Of a DNA stretch of 39,744 bases, positions 35,908-39,744 are shown piece after piece. Where the stretch lies: NCBI GenBank assembly GCA_043815665.1, contig JBDRIT010000013.1:1-39744 (forward strand). Direction: 5' to 3'. This stretch comes from Pseudomonadota bacterium. Its GTDB lineage: Bacteria > Myxococcota_A > UBA9042 > CAIXZC01. Made by a program: the position numbers and the translations under genes. Under the pieces are notes generated by a model, which did not search any database, was not told the DNA's origin, and saw only the letters and a list, made by a program, of their open reading frames with translations. The stretch's first letter is position 1. Each line of letters opens with the position of its first letter.

Positions 35908-36756
35908 CTACCGCTCTTCGACATGTGCCCCTCCTTCAGTGTTCTCTTGGTTCTTTCGTGTCTCCGCCGCGACCACGTCGTTGATGACGAGGCTGGCCAG
36001 CGCGAAGCCGAAGGCTGCGGTGACCGGCGCCATGGAGCCGTTGATGAAGGCCTTGTGGCTGCACCACTCGTGGGCCTCGCCCTCCTCCCCGTCGGGGCCG
36101 ATGGCGAACCGCGGGCAGTCGCAGGCGTCGGTGCCGCAGGCCGCTGCCTCGCCCCGATTTTCCAGGAGGGCCTCCAGGCTGAAGACCACCTTGAACGGGG
36201 TGGTGATCCCTCGACGGCGCAGGCGCTTGCGCAGCCGGCGCGCCAGGGGGCAGCCGTGGGAGTCCCAGATGGTCGCCGTGCGGATCCGCGTGGGGTCGAG
36301 CTTCCCCGACGCGCCCAGACTGGAGAAGAGCGTCCGGCCGAGGGCCAGGGTGTTGTCGATGAGGCCCAACTTGGGGCTCAGGGAGTCGATCGCGTCCAGG
36401 ACGTAGTCAAAGGTCTCCAGAGCGAAGTCCCCGCAGGTCTCGAGGCCCCAGGCCTCCCGCCGGGGGACGATCTCCGCGTCGGGGTTGATCGACCGCAGGC
36501 GCGTCGCCAGCTCGTCCACCTTGTAGCGCCCCACGTTTCCGGGGGTGGCCTGGAGCTGGCGGTTGACGTTGGTGATGCAGACGCAGTCCGAGTCCACCAG
36601 GGTGAGGTGCCCGATGCCGCTGCGGATCAGGGCCTCCGCGCACCAGCTCCCCACGCCGCCGACCCCGAAGAGGATCACCCGGGACCGGGCGAGGCGCTCC
36701 ATGGCTTCGCGGCCGATGAGGAGCTCCGAGCGATGGAACAGGGGGGATGACACGGC
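35908..36756 (-). CDS. tcdA: tRNA threonylcarbamoyladenosine dehydratase (ThiF/MoeB E1-like fold)
   Basis: Rossmann motif ILFGVGGVGSWCAEAL and LTLVDSDCVCITNVNRQ resemble TcdA/CsdL. The start is proposed at a GTG (complement 36754-36756) with AGGAGG 8 nt upstream. The longer ORF reaching 36909 overlaps the flotillin gene and is probably over-extended. Confidence 0.65.
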   Translation of the reverse strand, partial: AVSSPLFHRSELLIGREAMERLARSRVILFGVGGVGSWCAEALIRSGIGHLTLVDSDCVCITNVNRQLQATPGNVGRYKVDELATRLRSINPDAEIVPRREAWGLETCGDFALETFDYVLDAIDSLSPKLGLIDNTLALGRTLFSSLGASGKLDPTRIRTATIWDSHGCPLARRLRKRLRRRGITTPFKVVFSLEALLENRGEAAACGTDACDCPRFAIGPDGEEGEAHEWCSHKAFINGSMAPVTAAFGFALASLVINDVVAAETRKNQENTEGGAHVEER

Positions 36757-36830
36757 GGCGACCTCCTGGACAGGGACTGTAGCCACCGCGTGCTTCAGGT
36801 CAAGTCGGACGGCGTCTCCGCCGCAGGGGA

Positions 36831-38237
36831 TCAGCGCTCCCCGCGTGGGGGTGGCGTGGTCGGAGGTTTCGGGGCGTCGGGCCCGCCTGGCATGGTCTTC
36901 GCCATCCATTCCGGGAGCTGCATGCCCGCGAGGCCCATGAGATCCTGGAGGGGCGGGACGGACTTCGCCATGCCGGAGATGAAGTCCGCGGTCGCTGTCT
37001 TGCCGTCCTTGCCGGAGCCGCTCTCCCAGACGGTGACCTGGTCGATCGCGATGCCCTTGATCGCTTCGACCTGGATGTTCATCAGCTCCTCGAGCTTGTT
37101 CGCGATGAGGAACTGGACCGCGAGCGACGAGCTGCCCCCTGCCGCGGTGACGAGCTGGCGGAAGCCCTCGGCCTGGCCCTGGAGGATCGACTCCATGCCC
37201 TTGCCCTGGCCGGCCATGTCCGCCTGGACGGCCTCGCCCCGGGCGCGGCCCTCGAGGACCGCCTTCTCCTTGTCGGCCTCGGCCTGGATGATCTTCTCCC
37301 GCTTGGCGATCTCCGCGGGGACGATGCGGTCGGCCTCCTGGGTGGCCTCCTCCCGCTGGCGCCGGGCTTGCTCGGCGCGCTGCTCCGCGCCGTAGGCCTC
37401 CCGGAGCGCGTCCGCGGTCTTGACCTTCTCCGCGGCGTCGCCCTTTCGCTGGGCCTCGGCCTCTGCCTCCCGTCGGGAGGCGTTGGAGTTCGCGATGGCG
37501 ATCTCTGCGGTGTTCTCGCCCTCGACGGCCCGGGCGTTGGCCGTGGCCACGCTGACACGTTGGTCACGCTCTGCCTCGGCCTTGCCGGTCTCGCCGTCCC
37601 GCACCTGCTGGGCCACCGCGACCTTGGCCTTCTCGATGGCCTCCGCTGCGGCCTTCTTTCCCAGGGCCGAGATGTAGTCGGACTCGTCGGTGATGTCGGT
37701 GATGTTCACGTTGATGAGCTTGAGCCCGATCTTCTTGAGCTCACTCTCCACGTTGTTCATCACCCGGCGCTCGAAGCCCTCGCGGTCCGCGTTGATCTCC
37801 TCGATGTCCATGGTCGCGATGGTCGCGCGGAGCTGGCCGAAGATGATGTCCTCTGCGTTGGCCACGATCTGGGCCCGGTCCATGCTCAGGAGCCGCTCCG
37901 CCGCGAGGGCCATGATCGACGGCTCCGTGGAGATCCCGATGGTGAACCGCGAGGGGACGTTGACCCGGATGTTCTGCTTCGAGAGCGCGCCCCTCAGCTT
38001 GATGTCGATGGTCATGGGCGCAAGGTCCAGCCAGCCGTAGCTCTGGAGCAAGGGCCAGATGAACGACGCGCCGCCGTGGATGCACTGTGCGCTCTCCCCC
38101 TTGCCCACCTTCCCGAACTTCACCAGGATCCGGTCGGAGGGGCACCTCCGGTACCGTGCGATCGCGGCGACGAGGGTTACGAAGGCCAGGACGGCCAGGA
38201 TCACGACGACGATCAGGATCAGTGGAACTCCACCCAT
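36831..38237 (-). CDS. Flotillin / SPFH (band 7) domain protein
   Basis: 468 aa with an N-terminal TM, an SPFH domain, then a long Ala/Glu-rich coiled coil (AEAERDQRVSVATANA...) typical of flotillin (YqiK/FloT-like). Confidence 0.85.
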   Translation of the reverse strand: MGGVPLILIVVVILAVLAFVTLVAAIARYRRCPSDRILVKFGKVGKGESAQCIHGGASFIWPLLQSYGWLDLAPMTIDIKLRGALSKQNIRVNVPSRFTIGISTEPSIMALAAERLLSMDRAQIVANAEDIIFGQLRATIATMDIEEINADREGFERRVMNNVESELKKIGLKLINVNITDITDESDYISALGKKAAAEAIEKAKVAVAQQVRDGETGKAEAERDQRVSVATANARAVEGENTAEIAIANSNASRREAEAEAQRKGDAAEKVKTADALREAYGAEQRAEQARRQREEATQEADRIVPAEIAKREKIIQAEADKEKAVLEGRARGEAVQADMAGQGKGMESILQGQAEGFRQLVTAAGGSSSLAVQFLIANKLEELMNIQVEAIKGIAIDQVTVWESGSGKDGKTATADFISGMAKSVPPLQDLMGLAGMQLPEWMAKTMPGGPDAPKPPTTPPPRGER

Positions 38238-38246
38238 ATCGGCCTC

Positions 38247-38873
38247 CTATGTGCGCTCTTCCGTAGCGGCCTTGACGGCCAGCTTGTTTCCCACCAGGCC
38301 CGTGACCCGGATCGCCGCGCCCACCCGGAGCTCCGGGCCTCCGGTGACCGCGTTGAGATCCATGAGGCGCCCCTGGACCACCAGGGAGACCTTCCCTTCG
38401 CCCCCCATCTCCCGGGGGATCGAGATCGACACGGTGCCCGTGACTCCGACGGCGTTGTCCAGGGACAGGGTCCCGCTGTGGCGCAGCCCCGAGAGGCCCC
38501 GCATGATGCCCATCACCACCGCGACGAAGATCAGGCCGACGAGGGTCGCCAGGCCGACGACCAGGGGGGTCCCCAGGCCGAGCTCCAGGAAGGCCAGCCC
38601 CCCCCAGGAGAAGCCCAGAAAGAAGGCCACCATGTTGCGGATCGTGAAGTACTGTCCCAGGAACGACGCGCCGTGGTCTCCGTGGTCCCCTGCGTGCCCG
38701 TGATCGGCACCACCCATGTCCCCGTCGCCGAACATGTCGGCGTCGGTGTCCGCGTCCAGCCCCCCGGCCACGATGGTCATGACGGTCTGGACCAGGAAGA
38801 ACGCCGTTGAGAACAGCGCGAGGCCCCAAAGGAACTGCTCCGTCCCGCCGAGCCCTGCCCACCACTCGTTCAT
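38247..38873 (-). CDS. NfeD-family membrane protein (flotillin partner, YqiJ-like)
   Basis: 208 aa with TM helices, a His/Asp-rich loop (GADHGHAGDHGDHG), and a C-terminal OB-fold-like beta region. It is immediately upstream of the flotillin gene. Confidence 0.7.
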   Translation of the reverse strand: MNEWWAGLGGTEQFLWGLALFSTAFFLVQTVMTIVAGGLDADTDADMFGDGDMGGADHGHAGDHGDHGASFLGQYFTIRNMVAFFLGFSWGGLAFLELGLGTPLVVGLATLVGLIFVAVVMGIMRGLSGLRHSGTLSLDNAVGVTGTVSISIPREMGGEGKVSLVVQGRLMDLNAVTGGPELRVGAAIRVTGLVGNKLAVKAATEERT

Positions 38874-38930
38874 GAGGCCCCCCGATGACCGCTGGGTTCA
38901 GTAGAGTGACCCACACGCGGGGGGATCTTG

Positions 38931-38975
38931 TCAACCGATTCCGGGGTTGATTCCTGCTGCAGATGCGGCTAAGCT
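38931..38975 (+). promoter_or_regulatory. Candidate promoter (TTGATT-17-TAAGCT) with an overlapping TCAACC-N8-GGTTGA inverted repeat
   Basis: The inverted repeat is at 38931-38950, the -35 at 38947-38952 and the -10 at 38970-38975, 34 nt upstream of the ATG at 39009. The architecture matches 24615-24659. Confidence 0.35.
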
Positions 38976-39008
38976 GGTGCCACCTTTAAACGGATGAGGA
39001 GAATGAAC

Positions 39009-39608
39009 ATGCGGACTCTGGTGATCATGCTGGCCCTGGCCGTGATGGCCCTCGGCTGCGGTGGCGAGAAGAAGGCCGACGAGAAGAAGGCCGGCGAAAA
39101 GAAGACGGAGAAGAAGGCCGAGAAGAAGGCCGAAGAGAAGAAGATCGAGGAGCCTGCTGCCGAGGAGGCTCCCGCTGCCGAGGAGGCTCCCGCCGCTGAG
39201 GAGGCTCCCGCCGCTGAGGAGGCTCCCGCCGCTGAGGAGGCTCCCGCCGCCGAGGAGGCTCCCGCCGCCGAGGAGGCTCCCGCCGCCGAGGAGGCTCCCG
39301 CCGCCGAGGAGGCTCCCGCCGCCGAGGGGGCTCCCGCCGCCGAGGAGGCCAAGGGCGAGGGGACCGGCAGCGTCTGTGACGCGTACGCAGCCTGCTGCAT
39401 GGCCTACGCCGACGCGCTGGGCGGAGTCCAGGGCGTGCCCGAGTCCGCGGTCCAGGCGACCAAGGACGGCTGCAAGCAGATCGAGCAGCTCAAGACCATG
39501 GGCGCCGCCGCGGCGCAGGCTTGCCAGCAGGGCCTCGACGCCATGAAGCAGGCCGGCGAGGCCTACAAGGCCATGCCCGGGTTCGTCTGGCCCGAGGCGT
39601 GCAACTAG
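39009..39608 (+). CDS. Lipoprotein with a Lys/Glu-rich segment, (EEAPAA)x10 tandem repeat and a Cys-containing C-terminal domain
   Basis: Start at MRTLVIMLALAVMALGC (lipobox ALGC) with a GAGGAG RBS 7 nt upstream. The perfect peptide repeat EEAPAA is followed by a roughly 90 aa domain containing 6 Cys. Confidence 0.6.
   Translation: MRTLVIMLALAVMALGCGGEKKADEKKAGEKKTEKKAEKKAEEKKIEEPAAEEAPAAEEAPAAEEAPAAEEAPAAEEAPAAEEAPAAEEAPAAEEAPAAEEAPAAEGAPAAEEAKGEGTGSVCDAYAACCMAYADALGGVQGVPESAVQATKDGCKQIEQLKTMGAAAAQACQQGLDAMKQAGEAYKAMPGFVWPEACN
39149..39340 (+). repeat. 18 nt tandem repeat GAGGAGGCTCCCGC(C/T)GC(C/T), about 10.5 copies, in frame within the CDS
   Basis: Read directly from the sequence. Only third-position C/T wobble differences separate the copies. 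Confidence 0.9.
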
Positions 39609-39744
39609 ATGACCTCGGCGCAAATGATGATGCGGCCTGGGCGAGGAACCGGCGTCGAGGTCAAGGCGCTTCTACGAAGACGTGGTCGAGCCACTTCGAG
39701 GAGGAGCAACGCCGAGATCGGCGTCGGGGACCGGCCAGGGGGTA

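Noticed and set aside
35908-36909. Full 333 aa tcdA ORF with an ATG start at 36909
   Set aside because: The first roughly 50 residues are low-complexity and overlap the 3' end of the flotillin gene by 79 nt. Alignment to TcdA suggests the protein begins about 17 aa before the GxGxxG motif, at an RBS-preceded GTG (36756).

Overview
The window is 39.7 kb of about 70% GC bacterial DNA whose gene content points to Myxococcota / delta-proteobacteria (Bat aerotolerance operon, Dictyostelium-type CTDC Cys-rich lipoprotein, RpoH-like sigma factor). It is densely coded from about 1.35 kb onward. From left to right:

- 1-1345: a roughly 1.3 kb repeat-rich stretch with no credible ORF. It contains a (GTGACC)13 microsatellite, a G16 tract, and a duplicated roughly 50 nt element with recurring GGATGACG motifs.
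- 1346-11024, minus strand: a complete MoxR-DUF58-DUF4381-like-BatA-BatB/C-BatD-BatE operon with 4 nt start/stop overlaps. The BatB/C fusion carries three PPC domains and an acidic Gln-rich tail.
- 11244-12773: a divergent MIO-family aromatic amino-acid ammonia-lyase (HAL/PAL/TAL-like) with a non-canonical Ala-Cys-Gly tripeptide in place of Ala-Ser-Gly.
- 12780-15484, minus strand: aroKB (with an apparent G5 homopolymer frameshift near its 3' end) and aroC.
- 15594-18101: a lipoprotein with about 20 CTDC Cys-rich repeats and a C-terminal FGE/SUMF1-like domain.
- 18193-24563, minus strand: an operon-like string of CapA/PgsA-like phosphoesterase, GAF-HD-GYP protein, sensor histidine kinase, membrane DsbA-like oxidoreductase and RpoH-like sigma factor.
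- 24701-29254: a HEAT-like hypothetical protein, greA, a TPR protein on the opposite strand, and relA/spoT.
- 29259-35130: the most unusual locus. Four tandem paralogous radical-SAM genes (CNNxCxFC N-terminal motif plus a C-terminal Cys ... CxxCx5C motif) sit directly downstream of relA, followed by a prepilin-peptidase (A24)-like membrane protein and a second membrane protein.
- 35093-39608: a convergent LigT-like 2H phosphoesterase, tcdA, flotillin, NfeD, and an (EEAPAA)10 repeat lipoprotein.

Non-coding signals include a REP-like palindrome at two convergent gene junctions and a shared TCAACC-N8-GGTTGA element overlapping the -35 of two promoters. Homopolymer G tracts (G16, G9, G5) coincide with likely frameshifts.
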